DNA from: a plasmid
Direction: 5' to 3' (one strand)
Sequence record: NZ_CP048040.1
DNA length: 60,946 nt
Shown: positions 48,617 to 58,427 of the stretch, in pieces
Layout: each line of letters opens with the position of its first letter
Numbering within the stretch: the stretch's first letter is position 1
The notes under the pieces: model-generated
Databases searched by the model: none
The model's input: the letters and a program-made list of their open reading frames with translations, nothing else
What the model was told of the DNA's origin: nothing
Position numbers and translations under genes: made by a program

Positions 48617-48930
48617 ATACATATAGGTCTACTGCAGAGTTACCCTTACTCACACGCTAAACATATAGGTTTGATGCAGACAAACATATAGGTATGGTGC
48701 AGACTTCATTTTTCGACCAGTTATCCACAAGTAGAACATATAGGTTTATTGCAGAGTTAATATCCCCGTCCGTTTAAACCATATAGGTTTGCAGCAGAGT
48801 TCAAGTTGCCAGCCGCTAAACATATAGGTTTGTTGCAGAGATAAACTCAAAATTGTGGACAACCTGTGGCAACAGTACAACAACATATAGGTTTAATGCA
48901 GAGAAACATATAGGTATTTTGCAGACTTCA
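48617..48930 (+). repeat. iteron cluster 1: 8 direct copies of about 22 bp ACATATAGGTNTNNTGCAGAGTT at irregular 22-63 bp spacing
   Basis: Copies at about 48620, 48661, 48683, 48736, 48779, 48820, 48884, 48906. Confidence 0.7.
48721..48729 (+). promoter_or_regulatory. DnaA box TTATCCACA
   Basis: Perfect consensus inside the iteron cluster. Confidence 0.5.
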
Positions 48931-49265
48931 TGCCGAATATTTACTTCAATATCAACAAGTTATCTGCACTTTCCGTCAACCTATCCTGTTCTTATCCTTT
49001 TTTCCTTTTATATATCCAAATAAAGAATATCTGTCACTGACTTAGGAAGTACAGCCAAGGGGCATAGCCGAAGGAGCTTCAGCCTCTTTGCAAAATACAA
49101 TCTGCTTCGAGAACTGTCGAATCACTGTAAAGGCCCCACATGCGTTAAAAATGCATAAGCTAGGGGATGGTATTAACACTACCCTAAAAATCGAACACAG
49201 CACCGGAAAACAGGTTTCAAGCGCTATAGAGGTAGAGACCTCCCTCTCTTTGAATTTCAAAGCAA

Positions 49266-49290
49266 CCTCAGCACCCAAAACATGTAGGTT
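49266..49290 (+). repeat. isolated iteron copy AACATGTAGGTTTCATGCAGAGTT
   Basis: Same consensus. Confidence 0.5.
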
Positions 49291-50057
49291 TCATGCAGAG
49301 TTTGACCTAAGCCCTGGAGCATTCATCACGTAACCTGCCGTTAACACCATGTAAATTCCTAAGCAGATCTACCAAAGCAGATAAACGACAGCTTCATACC
49401 AGCCTGACAAAACCAATCATCAGGCCCCCGATCAACGCTCCACAAAATTTTTCAACACTAAATAATCCTGGCAAACGGATTCAGCTCCTACACAACAGAT
49501 ACCCAGGCAATTTCAATAACCATGCACTTCTCATGTTGGTATCGATCAATGCCATTTCAGTGCAATAAGTGCCACGCGAACAACACACTTAAAAAAATAG
49601 AAGCTAGCTTTTTGCATACTCCCAGCTACACCGGAAGAGAAAAATGAAAACAGCAACCACTGGTCAATAAACAAGGATGACTACTCCTAGCATCCAATCA
49701 AAAGACAAGTCACTACGGCAGCTCACATCTCCATCCACAAGGCATGCAAACCGCAAGAGCACGCATCACTGCAAACACGTCTACTGCATTAATGAATTAG
49801 CACATGAACGCTTCCCACATCGAACTTGGGTAAATACCTGGGCTCGGCTCTCGGATAAAACGGAAATCCTCTACGCCTCCAAAGGCACACCTTCACCAGA
49901 CCCACATCGGAGCAGTAAAACCATTCAGGAGCACATCGACCGGTCACAAATATGTCGCGTTGATCTGTTGACCTGTTGACGGAGATATCTATGATCCCCG
50001 GTTACTTCCCCGATTTAAGGGCTAATCATGCTTAATGAAGGTGGGTAATCCAGCCAA

Positions 50058-50870
50058 GTAACGACCTAAACATATAGGTTCATTGCAGAGTTCAAGCAAA
50101 GCTGCCAGGAAAAAAATCGAACGGAAACCTCAAAACATAGAGGTTTACTGCAGAGTTCCTGTGGTCGATCAAACATGCAGTGTTTTTGCTTTCAGAAAGC
50201 ATTCATACATATAGGTTCATTGCAGAGTTCGTCAAAAACATTCGTTCAGAACATATAGGTTTGATGCAGAGTTCATCTTGAACTCCAGACATCTTTAATT
50301 GTCAGAAGACATTGAACATATAGGTTTGGTGCAGACTTCAGTAGTACAAACAGCAACAAACTAACATATAGGTTTGTTGCAGAGTTCGCGTAAATCATTG
50401 ATTTTATTTAAAAAATCTATTAAAAAACGGTCGTAATTTTGCATTAAGTACGCTTGTCGTTGAACAGTCGGGTTAAAAGCGGGTTTCATGACCAATCCTC
50501 TCCCTAACTCAGTCGCCCAAAGATGCAATGACATATAGGTTTGTTGCAGAGTTCATAGGAGAACAAAGAACATCAACATGTAGGTTTACTGCAGAGTTCA
50601 TCTAACCTATTGAATAGAAAAGGTTTTTTTACTATTGCCTACCAGATCAACATATAGGTCTATTGCAGAGTTGACGCCTGAGTGTCGGGTTTGAAGCGGG
50701 TTAGCTGATATTTTTTCAGACTAACCATATAGGTTTACTGCAGAGTTAGACGCTTAACTGTCAGGTTTGACGCGCTTAAGCTGCTTTGTATGGCTAAACA
50801 GCAAACAAGAAACCCGCACGAAACCGTACAGTTTTGTGAGAGTCAAACATATAGGTCTCTTGCAGACTTG
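50058..50870 (+). repeat. iteron cluster 2: about 11 further direct copies of the same 22-bp unit
   Basis: Copies at about 50061, 50135, 50207, 50251, 50317, 50364, 50530, 50571, 50650, 50727, 50848. Confidence 0.7.
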
Positions 50871-51025
50871 ACGCCAAAACCGTGTTCACAAGTGGTTTTA
50901 ACGCAGTTGCGGGATAATGGTCTAAAAGGTTACAGTGTTACAGAAGAGCACGCGGGTGCGATACGCACATTCTTGCTGGATAGTGATGTGCACCAGGGAT
51001 AGAATTTATAGGCTCAACAACACAA

Positions 51026-51418
51026 ATGAAAAGAACAGCACCATGCGTGTTGGGACTGCATTCATTGGTCCAACCAATGAAGTGCTTCGCTGTGCGCATG
51101 AAAGAATTTGACGATCAGAACTTTCAGGAAGACGGCACGATGCTCTGGCCTGAAGTAGTGATCTGCTCAACTGCGGAGCAAGCTTATAGACTCTGTGAAT
51201 TCTTCAATTCTGAAAGTTTCAAAGTAGATTGGGAAACTTGGCAAGAGGAAGAACCAGACCTTACGGTAGATGTAGCTCAACAACGTTGGCTTGAACAAGA
51301 CTTTGCTATCTATGTTGTTGAGGAAGTGCCAGCGTTGCATAAGTACGAACATCTGTACCGAATTTCGCAAAGCCTCAGTGCTTGCTCTGATTTATTTGAA
51401 GATCTACTGTACGTATGA
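51026..51418 (+). CDS. acidic hypothetical protein (130 aa)
   Basis: ORF rich in D/E. Confidence 0.35.
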   Translation: MKRTAPCVLGLHSLVQPMKCFAVRMKEFDDQNFQEDGTMLWPEVVICSTAEQAYRLCEFFNSESFKVDWETWQEEEPDLTVDVAQQRWLEQDFAIYVVEEVPALHKYEHLYRISQSLSACSDLFEDLLYV

Positions 51419-51625
51419 CCCTGATGCATTTCCAGGGAGGCAGGTGATTACATTAGGCACCAGCGCATACCTTCCTTTATTGATGTTCCACCTTATCTTA
51501 AGTGATTCGCACATGGCCACAGCGAGATATTGTTGTGCCCTGGCTTTGCTGTTGCCATGGAACATTGGGATGAAAACGCAGAGAAGGGAATTAGAACGGG
51601 CTCCGCAATTTTGCGTGCCAATTTA

Positions 51626-51639
51626 TTTCGCATGCGAAA
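51626..51639. promoter_or_regulatory. palindrome copy 4, upstream of RES-Xre operon
   Basis: Identical 14-mer about 80 bp before antitoxin start. Confidence 0.6.
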
Positions 51640-51719
51640 TCTGCTCCGGAGTCTTTCACTTGTTTGCTTCAAATGATAGAATTAAAACCATCAATTGAAT
51701 GGTTTTAAGGAGAGCTATC

Positions 51720-52187
51720 ATGGAAATTATTGATGCTACAGTTGCGCCGACAAAACTCGGCGGTAAGACAGCGGTCAAAGACTTTTGGGGGATGGCTCAC
51801 CGTTTGGGAGGCATGAGTGAATTAGAGCGTATTCGGTCGATCAAAGCAGGGTTTCCCATCTACATGGCTGATGCCACCAAAAACACGTTCCGGATGACAA
51901 GTCAGAGCGTTAGCGAACTATTGAATCTGTCTGTGACCACGTACGAACGTCGTCGCCGCGATTCTAAGCCATTGGATGTTGCCGCATCTGAACGCCTAGA
52001 TCGTGTTGCGGCAGTTGCGCTCTTGGCCGAAGATGTTTTTGAGGACAAGACCGATGCGGCGGTCTGGCTTTCTTCACCAAACAAGGCTTTAGGTGGAAAC
52101 ACTCCCGTAATGCACTGCGAGACTGCGATTGGTGCTCAGCAGGTTAGGCGGATCCTCAATGCGCTTGAGTGGGGTGGTGCGGCCTGA
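51720..52187 (+). CDS. Xre-like/DUF2384 antitoxin of a RES-Xre module
   Basis: C-terminal VWLSSPNKALGGNTPVMHCETAIGAQQVRRILNALEWG typical of DUF2384. Confidence 0.65.
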   Translation: MEIIDATVAPTKLGGKTAVKDFWGMAHRLGGMSELERIRSIKAGFPIYMADATKNTFRMTSQSVSELLNLSVTTYERRRRDSKPLDVAASERLDRVAAVALLAEDVFEDKTDAAVWLSSPNKALGGNTPVMHCETAIGAQQVRRILNALEWGGAA

Positions 52188-52651
52188 TGATTGCGTGGAG
52201 AATTAGTAAGGCCAAGCGGGCAGGAGATTTGTCCGGGATCGGTGCTGCGCTCGAGGGTGGTCGTTGGAACGATGTTGATGTGCCAGCAGTGTATATGGGC
52301 ATGACACCAGCTATTTGTTGTCTTGAGACATTTGTACATGCAACAGGTGTGCCGCAGTTTCCGCTGAAAATTACGCGCTTCATCCTTCCCGAAGATGAGG
52401 CGCTTTTCTTTGAGCCGGAGCCTAATACTTTGCCAAATGGTTGGGCCTCAGTTCCGTCAGATCGCCCTAGTATGAATTTTGGTACCCGCTGGCTTAAAAG
52501 TCAGAGTCATCTTGGTCTGATTGTGCCTTCGGCTGTACTACCGCTTGAGCGCAACGTTGTGTTGAACCCTGCTCATCCAGCCATTGCAGATGTCAAAATC
52601 GACGCTCACTTTGAGTTCATGTACGACAAGCGCATGTTTGCGGGCCAGTAG
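52187..52651 (+). CDS. RES-domain toxin (NAD+-targeting family)
   Basis: GGRWN (Arg), CLETFVH (Glu), LIVPSAVLPLERNVVLNPAHP (Ser) RES signature; ATGA overlap with antitoxin. Confidence 0.7.
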   Translation: MIAWRISKAKRAGDLSGIGAALEGGRWNDVDVPAVYMGMTPAICCLETFVHATGVPQFPLKITRFILPEDEALFFEPEPNTLPNGWASVPSDRPSMNFGTRWLKSQSHLGLIVPSAVLPLERNVVLNPAHPAIADVKIDAHFEFMYDKRMFAGQ

Positions 52652-52665
52652 CCGTTTAGGGCCGC

Positions 52666-53073
52666 TCATAAACCAGGCTGCGAGTTGTTGCGTGAGGCTT
52701 CTAAAAGGCTGTGGGTCAATACTTCTGTTGACTCCAAAGCAATCGAACGTTCTTTGTTAAGTTTCATCAGCCGTGGCAAAAGGGAATCACATTCTTCTGC
52801 ACCTAGCTCTTTAATTTCAGGGCGGGCAGCGTGGTCGGTGATGAGGACTTCGACTAGCTCGACAGGAATGATGACATCTTCGCCCTGCAGACTGAAAGCT
52901 ACCTGAGCTTTGGAGCCTTCTGTAAAAACCTTTGCGGTGGCTTCGTCAGCGCAGTGGGCGACGATTCCACGGAACGTACCTTCAATAGCGGCAGCTTCCT
53001 CAAAGTTAAAGGCCTGAGCTGGCGTTATATATATTGCGCCTGTAATTACAAGAGCTGTCTGAATGCGCTTCAT
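52666..53073 (-). CDS. secreted hypothetical protein (135 aa)
   Basis: Signal peptide MKRIQTALVITGAIYITPAQA. Confidence 0.5.
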   Translation of the reverse strand: MKRIQTALVITGAIYITPAQAFNFEEAAAIEGTFRGIVAHCADEATAKVFTEGSKAQVAFSLQGEDVIIPVELVEVLITDHAARPEIKELGAEECDSLLPRLMKLNKERSIALESTEVLTHSLLEASRNNSQPGL

Positions 53074-53178
53074 AGCAGTGGACGTTGAAGATGGAACACA
53101 GAGGTGATTGTGGCCTACTGGATTGTGTGTTGCGGCTTATGGAGTAACCCTATTCAGCCCTTTCTAGTGGACGTACGA

Positions 53179-53192
53179 TTTCGCATGCGAAA
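53179..53192. promoter_or_regulatory. palindrome copy 5 (extended ACGATTTCGCATGCGAAATCGT)
   Basis: Perfect 22-bp palindrome between umuC stop and secreted-protein gene start. Confidence 0.6.
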
Positions 53193-53266
53193 TCGTTTTC
53201 ACAGTAGAGGCTCAATGACTGGTGCCATATTCAGTGTGCGCGAACGCACTGAACCTGGCCAGAGCA

Positions 53267-54577
53267 TCAACGCCAGATTTCCACGATGTCATCCCAATTT
53301 GTGGTGTAGGCCGGCGTCATTCGCTCCTGGCGCATCTGCCACGGGGCTTCTTTGTCAGCCAATGCTGCTGCAGTCAACACCGTAGCTTTGCCGTATCGCT
53401 TATTAAGATTGTCCAATACGGACATCAAGCCTTCACGGTGAGCATCCCTCAATGTCGCAGTCGGACAATCAAATAGAGACTGTTGAGCTGCGGCATCTGC
53501 TTGAGCCTTAATGTCGAGTAAACACACTCCTGCCTTGGCGTAATGAAAGTTCGGTCGGTAAATCCTGTGAAGTCCTTGGACGACAACGGAGAGCAATGCG
53601 GTTGTGCTGTTTGTGCGTTCGAGTCGAATGACCGTGCTGCCGTTGTGTTGCGGAGTATCTCTAAAGGGGCTTGTTCGGATGAATACCTGCACTGCGCCGG
53701 TCGTAGAATATTGAGCGCGTAGCTTTTCAGCTGCCCGAGTGACAAACACCGCAAGGGCTTGTTGCAAGTCGGACAGCTGAGTCACTGGCGCACCAAAACT
53801 CCTTGAGCACATAATCTGCTGCTTATCTGGTGGCGAATCCTCCCACGGGATACAGGCATGTCCTACAAGCTCACTGACTGTTCTGGCCAGTACAACGGAA
53901 AACCGCTTCTGGATCCATGCTGGCTCGGCTTGGGCAAGATCAGCGGCGGTATTGATGCCCAGCTCGCGCAACTGTGGTGCAAGACGTCGACCGACCCCCC
54001 ATACATCTTCGACCGCTACATGGCGAATTGCTCGCAACAGGGCCGGGTGATCGAGGGTGGACAGGTCGCAGACGCCTTCCAATCGAGCAACTTTCTTGGC
54101 CAAATGATTGGCAAGTTTGGCAAGTGTCTTTGTTGAACCGATACCGACACACGTAGGGATACCCACCCACTGTTTGACTCGCGCTTTTATAGCGGCGCCC
54201 AGCTCCCGGCCAGAGCCGTTTATCCCAGTGAGATTTAGGAACGACTCATCAATACTGTAGATTTCCTGCTCAGGTGAAAACTCTCCTATGACATTCATCA
54301 TCCGTGCCGATAAATCACCATAGAGGGCGAAGTTTGCAGATAAGGCCAGTAGGCCGTGAGAGTGCTCAAGGTGTTTGATCTTGAACCATGGGTCGCCCAT
54401 TGCGATGCCCAGATCTTTGGCTTCTTGCGTCCGGGCAATGGCGCAGCCGTCATTGTTGGACAGCACAACAAGGGGCCGGCTTTCAAATGCCGGTCGCATT
54501 AGTCGCTCACATGAACAATAGAAACAGTTGCCGTCGATCAGCGCTATGCGCCGATGGTGTGGCGCTTGAGCGTCCAT
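53267..54577 (-). CDS. umuC: Y-family translesion DNA polymerase subunit UmuC
   Basis: IALIDGNCFYCSCERL N-terminus and polymerase core; SD GGGAG before ATG at 54577. Confidence 0.8.
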   Translation of the reverse strand: MDAQAPHHRRIALIDGNCFYCSCERLMRPAFESRPLVVLSNNDGCAIARTQEAKDLGIAMGDPWFKIKHLEHSHGLLALSANFALYGDLSARMMNVIGEFSPEQEIYSIDESFLNLTGINGSGRELGAAIKARVKQWVGIPTCVGIGSTKTLAKLANHLAKKVARLEGVCDLSTLDHPALLRAIRHVAVEDVWGVGRRLAPQLRELGINTAADLAQAEPAWIQKRFSVVLARTVSELVGHACIPWEDSPPDKQQIMCSRSFGAPVTQLSDLQQALAVFVTRAAEKLRAQYSTTGAVQVFIRTSPFRDTPQHNGSTVIRLERTNSTTALLSVVVQGLHRIYRPNFHYAKAGVCLLDIKAQADAAAQQSLFDCPTATLRDAHREGLMSVLDNLNKRYGKATVLTAAALADKEAPWQMRQERMTPAYTTNWDDIVEIWR

Positions 54578-54993
54578 GTGACTACTCCCCAAACCGTCAG
54601 CTCCTGTGCAGGCTTCAGTTCAATGTTGGGAAACGTTGGATTGGCGGCGATAAGCCGCACAGTATGCCCCTTCCGATACAGTTGCTTTACCGTAAACTCG
54701 CCGTCAACGACTGCAACGATGATCGATCCATGCTTTGCTTCCAATGAACGATCAACGACAACATAATCCCCATCATCAATGCCAGCATCACGCATCGAGG
54801 GGCCGCGCACACGCATAAAGAATGTCGCATCCACTTGGTTGATAAGAAGCTGGTTCAAGTCAAGACGTTCTTGAGCGTGATCTTCTGCCGGACTTGGAAA
54901 GCCGCATTGCACGGTTGCAGCAGTCGACCAGGCCTGCCCCAGAGCATTGCTCAATGGCACAGGTTCATCAAGAGAGGTGTAGATTATATTCAT
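54544..54993 (-). CDS. umuD: UmuD-like S24 peptidase (LexA family) subunit
   Basis: S24 catalytic region GPSMRDAGIDDGDYVVVDR and cleavage-site region. Confidence 0.75.
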   Translation of the reverse strand: MNIIYTSLDEPVPLSNALGQAWSTAATVQCGFPSPAEDHAQERLDLNQLLINQVDATFFMRVRGPSMRDAGIDDGDYVVVDRSLEAKHGSIIVAVVDGEFTVKQLYRKGHTVRLIAANPTFPNIELKPAQELTVWGVVTWTLKRHTIGA

Positions 54994-55000
54994 GACGAAA

Positions 55001-55020
55001 TACTGTATGTAAATACAGTA
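55001..55020. promoter_or_regulatory. LexA/SOS-box-like palindrome TACTGTATGTAAATACAGTA (CTGT-N8-ACAG)
   Basis: Abuts the umuD start codon. Confidence 0.5.
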
Positions 55021-55103
55021 TTTTAGACTAGCTTGATCGTTATTTGTATTAGCAATACAGCAAATAAGACCTATCCAGCCATGAAAGGTGGGGCTTAATG
55101 CTG

Positions 55104-56306
55104 TTAATTTGGATTTGGTGCGGTCGCAGCATGCATTGCACGGGCGATATCCAGGAACTCCTGTTGGGTGTAAATCATAGTGTTGCGGATGTTTTCGTGT
55201 CGCATCAATTGAGCAACAAGTCTCAAGTCATGGCCTTCTTGCACCAGTCGTGTTCCAAAAGTATGGCGCAGCCAGTGTGTTGATGCTTGCAAGAGCTGAT
55301 CAGCTTGCTCCTGATAGCCTTTTTCCCGCATAGATAAGGCTGTTGAGTCAAACTCGCGCTTCACAATATCCCACAGTGTCTGTCGTCGGCGAATCGGCCT
55401 CCAAGATTTGAAGTGTCGCATCGCTGGGGTGCTGTAGCGGTATGTTGTACCGTTAGAACGAACAAGCGGTTGTGTGCGAACAGAAAGTATAAGCGCAACA
55501 TTTTTCTCATTACCGGTAGGCATGTCAGAAAAACCGAATGCCTGTCTATACACCCTCAGATGTTCTAGTACGACATCATCAAGCAGCACACTCGACTGTT
55601 TGCCGCCTTTGGCAAACCGCACATTCAGCCGCCAATAAGTGTGGCCGGTTTGTGGGTCAGTCACGGGCTCGATGTCATCCATATCAGCGCTAATCGTCTC
55701 GTTAGCGCGAAGGCCCGTGCGCTCAAGCAAAACCAGGACAAAACGATTACGTATCATCTGCAGGAAATCAATCGGACGCGTAGTGACCGTTGATTCCATA
55801 TGCCGAATAACTGCTTCCATAAACTGTGGGGCTAGCGATTTGACCTTGCGCATTTGTCGTCTAGTGGCTTCTCGGCCGATCCCCATAAGCGGGTTGCGAG
55901 GCACATAGCCAGCAGAAACCCAAAAGTTGTACAAGGCGTTGATCACTTTGAGCGTAGTTGCGATGGATGTCTTGCTTGGGATTGACTTGAAAGGTGTCCA
56001 TAACGGGTCGTCTTGAGCGATTCCCCGCGCACTAATGTGATGTTGGACTTCTTCCTGTAGCCAGGTGACAAACTGCACCGCATCTTGCACATTCCAGGAT
56101 CTGGGGGTGGGGCGGCGTAAGTGTTCACAGTACCAGCGAAACTTCGCTAATTCCGATTCATATGAGCGTAGCGTTGTTTCGGCTAATGGTCGCAAGCGCA
56201 AATGACTAATCCAGACATCAATGGCAATCCAGTCATCAGTCACCGGACCAAGGGCATGAGATGGGTGAAGGTTCGGTGATAAGGCGATTGCATTTTCCAT
56301 AGTCAA
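55104..56306 (-). CDS. tyrosine recombinase/integrase
   Basis: C-terminal HWLRHTFGTRLVQEGHDLRLVAQLMRHENIRNTMIYTQ (R..H..R..Y); N-terminal SAM-like region. Confidence 0.8.
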   Translation of the reverse strand: MTMENAIALSPNLHPSHALGPVTDDWIAIDVWISHLRLRPLAETTLRSYESELAKFRWYCEHLRRPTPRSWNVQDAVQFVTWLQEEVQHHISARGIAQDDPLWTPFKSIPSKTSIATTLKVINALYNFWVSAGYVPRNPLMGIGREATRRQMRKVKSLAPQFMEAVIRHMESTVTTRPIDFLQMIRNRFVLVLLERTGLRANETISADMDDIEPVTDPQTGHTYWRLNVRFAKGGKQSSVLLDDVVLEHLRVYRQAFGFSDMPTGNEKNVALILSVRTQPLVRSNGTTYRYSTPAMRHFKSWRPIRRRQTLWDIVKREFDSTALSMREKGYQEQADQLLQASTHWLRHTFGTRLVQEGHDLRLVAQLMRHENIRNTMIYTQQEFLDIARAMHAATAPNPN

Positions 56307-56345
56307 GGTCTCAGAGGCAATAAATGTAGACCTATTCTACCGTGG

Positions 56346-56358
56346 AAATGTCCGGTAT
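56346..56358. other. half-site AAATGTCCGGTAT matching one arm of the 6481-6512 inverted repeat
   Basis: 15-mer AATGTCCGGTATTTC shared between 6500-6515 and 56347-56361; 40 bp upstream of integrase start. Confidence 0.35.
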
Positions 56359-56547
56359 TTCTCTCGTTATAGTGCCCATTCTGGGCCGTTGTAGAGGGCG
56401 GCAAATTGAACTGTGCGAACTATGCTTTCAAGGTGCATTGATAATGCGCACAACAACCAAAGTTCAGAAAAAAGAAAGTAGCGGCTTTTTTAGCAAGGAC
56501 CAAGAGAAGACTCGAACGTTTGACTATCACGAAACTAAAGGTGAAAA

Positions 56548-56745
56548 ATGACTTCACATAGTCTCAAATTAGCTCTTTGTTTTGCCCTACTTAGCAGTTT
56601 CCTTCTGGTTTCTTTTTATCTTTATTCGAGATTAGACTGCTGGCCGCAGGGCATGAGTGAATATATTCAAATAGTTTTTGGTATGTTATTCGGATTATTG
56701 TCTCTAGCCTTAATATATACACTATGGTTAGTAAAAGCGGGTTAA
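56548..56745 (+). CDS. small membrane protein (65 aa)
   Basis: Two TM helices; AT-rich. Confidence 0.4.
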   Translation: MTSHSLKLALCFALLSSFLLVSFYLYSRLDCWPQGMSEYIQIVFGMLFGLLSLALIYTLWLVKAG

Positions 56746-56769
56746 GCACTCCCGATTAATTGCTTAAAA

Positions 56770-57033
56770 ATGGATTTAAGAATGATTCCTTGGATTGAAT
56801 TTATGAGTGCAGTCGCAACACTATTTCTGGTATTAGCGGCTATTTTGAAGCACAAAGCGAAATCTCAGCCCATCGGCGCTTTGGTAGTGATTGTATTAGG
56901 TATGGCTAGAGGAATCGCCGTATTAGCTGGCTATGAAATGATTGCTGATATTTCATTTTATATGATGACGGGAGTGGCGATTCTTCTACTTATTATTGAT
57001 TTACGGTGGAAGGAAGGACGACAAAGTAATTAA
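56770..57033 (+). CDS. small membrane protein (87 aa)
   Basis: Three hydrophobic segments. Confidence 0.4.
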   Translation: MDLRMIPWIEFMSAVATLFLVLAAILKHKAKSQPIGALVVIVLGMARGIAVLAGYEMIADISFYMMTGVAILLLIIDLRWKEGRQSN

Positions 57034-57192
57034 AAAAGAATTTCTATTATTGTTAAAAATGAAATCGCAAACTATGAATAATACTGTCAGAGGATAAGTG
57101 TCTGATTGTGGTATTTGTGCCAGCAGCATGTGATTTTTTAAATTTTTGGCTGCTTACGAGAGTCTTGTCCAGGTTTTTAATGGAGAGTAATA

Positions 57193-57234
57193 ATGAATGA
57201 AGCTTACGATATAATTTTAATTACTGGTAAAACA
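57193..57234 (+). pseudogene. 5' 14 codons of the P-loop NTPase gene interrupted by the transposon
   Basis: GGAGAG SD then MNEAYDIILITGKT, cut by IRmer; continues at 3067. Confidence 0.55.
57230..57234. repeat. 5-bp target-site duplication AAACA (left copy)
   Basis: Matches 3067-3071. Confidence 0.6.
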
Positions 57235-57272
57235 GGGGGCACCTCAGAAAACGGAAAATAAAGCACGCTAAG
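57235..57272. repeat. Tn21-family 38-bp IR (IRmer)
   Basis: GGGGGCACCTCAGAAAACGGAAAATAAAGCACGCTAAG. Confidence 0.85.
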
Positions 57273-57696
57273 GCATAGCTGACCTTGCCAGGCCTGCTTC
57301 GCCCTGTAGTGACGCGATCAACGGGCAGGAAACATTCCCCTTTCGTGCATGGCAGGCGCACACGAGTTCAGACAGCACGGTTTCCATGCGCGCCAAGTCG
57401 GCCATCTTCTCGCGCACGTCCTTGAGCTTGTGTTCGGCCAGGCTGCTGGCCTCCTCGCAGTGGGTGCCATCGTCGAGCCGCAACAGCCAGCAATCTCGTC
57501 CAGACTGAACCCCAGCCGCTGTGCCGATTTCACGAATTTCACCCGAACCACGTCCGCCTCCCATAGCGGCGGATGCTGCCGTAAAACTTGTCCGGTTCCA
57601 CAACAGGCCCTTGCGCTGATAAACGGATTGTCTCCACGACCCCGGCCGCCTTGGCAAAAACGCCAATGGTCAGGTTTTCCAAATTATTTTCCATAT
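57268..57696 (-). pseudogene. merR: merR, frameshifted
   Basis: [19 protein letters not shown]... N-terminus and ...[30 protein letters not shown]...[10 protein letters not shown]-terminus in different frames. Confidence 0.7.
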
Positions 57697-57762
57697 CGCT
57701 TGACTCCGTACATGAGTACGGAAGGTAGATTACGCTATCAATCAAATTCAAAGGGCCAACGT

Positions 57763-58126
57763 ATGTCTGAACCACAAAACGGGCGCGGTGCGCTCTTCGC
57801 CAGCAGGCTGGCCGCCATTCTTGCATCGACCTGCTGCCTGGGGCGCTGGTACTGGTCGCCCTGGGCTTCTCCGGGTGCTTGGATCGGCAACCTGACAGTG
57901 CTGGAACTATCGACCGTTGTTCATCGGCGCGGCGCTAGTGGCGCTGTTCTTCGCCTGGAAGCGGATTTACCGGCCCGTGCGAGCATGCAAGCCAGGTGAG
58001 GTCTGCGCGATTCCGCAGGTGCGCGCACCACCTACAACTGATTTTCTGGATCGTGGCGTGCTGGTCCTGGTCGCGCTTGGATTTCCTATGTCGTTCCATT
58101 TTCTATTAACCGGGAGTTCATCATGA
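57763..58126 (+). pseudogene. merT: merT, frameshifted
   Basis: [13 protein letters not shown]... and [33 protein letters not shown] in different frames. Confidence 0.7.
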
Positions 58127-58394
58127 AGAAACTGTTTGCACTCCCTTGCCCTCGCCGCCGCTGTTGCCCGGTGTGGGCCGCTACCCAGACCGTCACGCTA
58201 GCGGTTCCGGCATGACTTGCGCCGCCTGCCCGATCACAGTCAAAGAAAGCGCTCTCCAAGGTCGAAGGCGTGAGCAAGGTCGATGTGAGCTTCGAGAAGC
58301 GCAGGCCGTCGTCGCACGGCGACACCAAGGCCAACGTACAGAAGCTGACCAAGGCCACCGCAGACGCCGGCTATCCGTCAGCGTCAAGCAGTGA
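58123..58394 (+). pseudogene. merP: merP, frameshifted
   Basis: MKKLFA...ATQTVTLAVPGMTCAACPITVK then frame break. Confidence 0.7.
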
Positions 58395-58427
58395 GCCAAC
58401 AAGCCAACGACAACAGCGAGCCGCTGC

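Noticed and set aside
48617-50870. Possible CRISPR array (many copies of a roughly 22-bp repeat ACATATAGGTTTNNTGCAGAGTT)
   Set aside because: Repeats are too short and variable, spacing is irregular at 22-80 bp, there are no cas genes, and the array directly follows a Rep-like gene and DnaA boxes. I interpret them as replication iterons.
49677-51002. ORFs 49677-49979 and 50790-51002
   Set aside because: Low-complexity translation of the CA-rich tract, and an ORF lying across iteron copies. Better explained as non-coding origin sequence.
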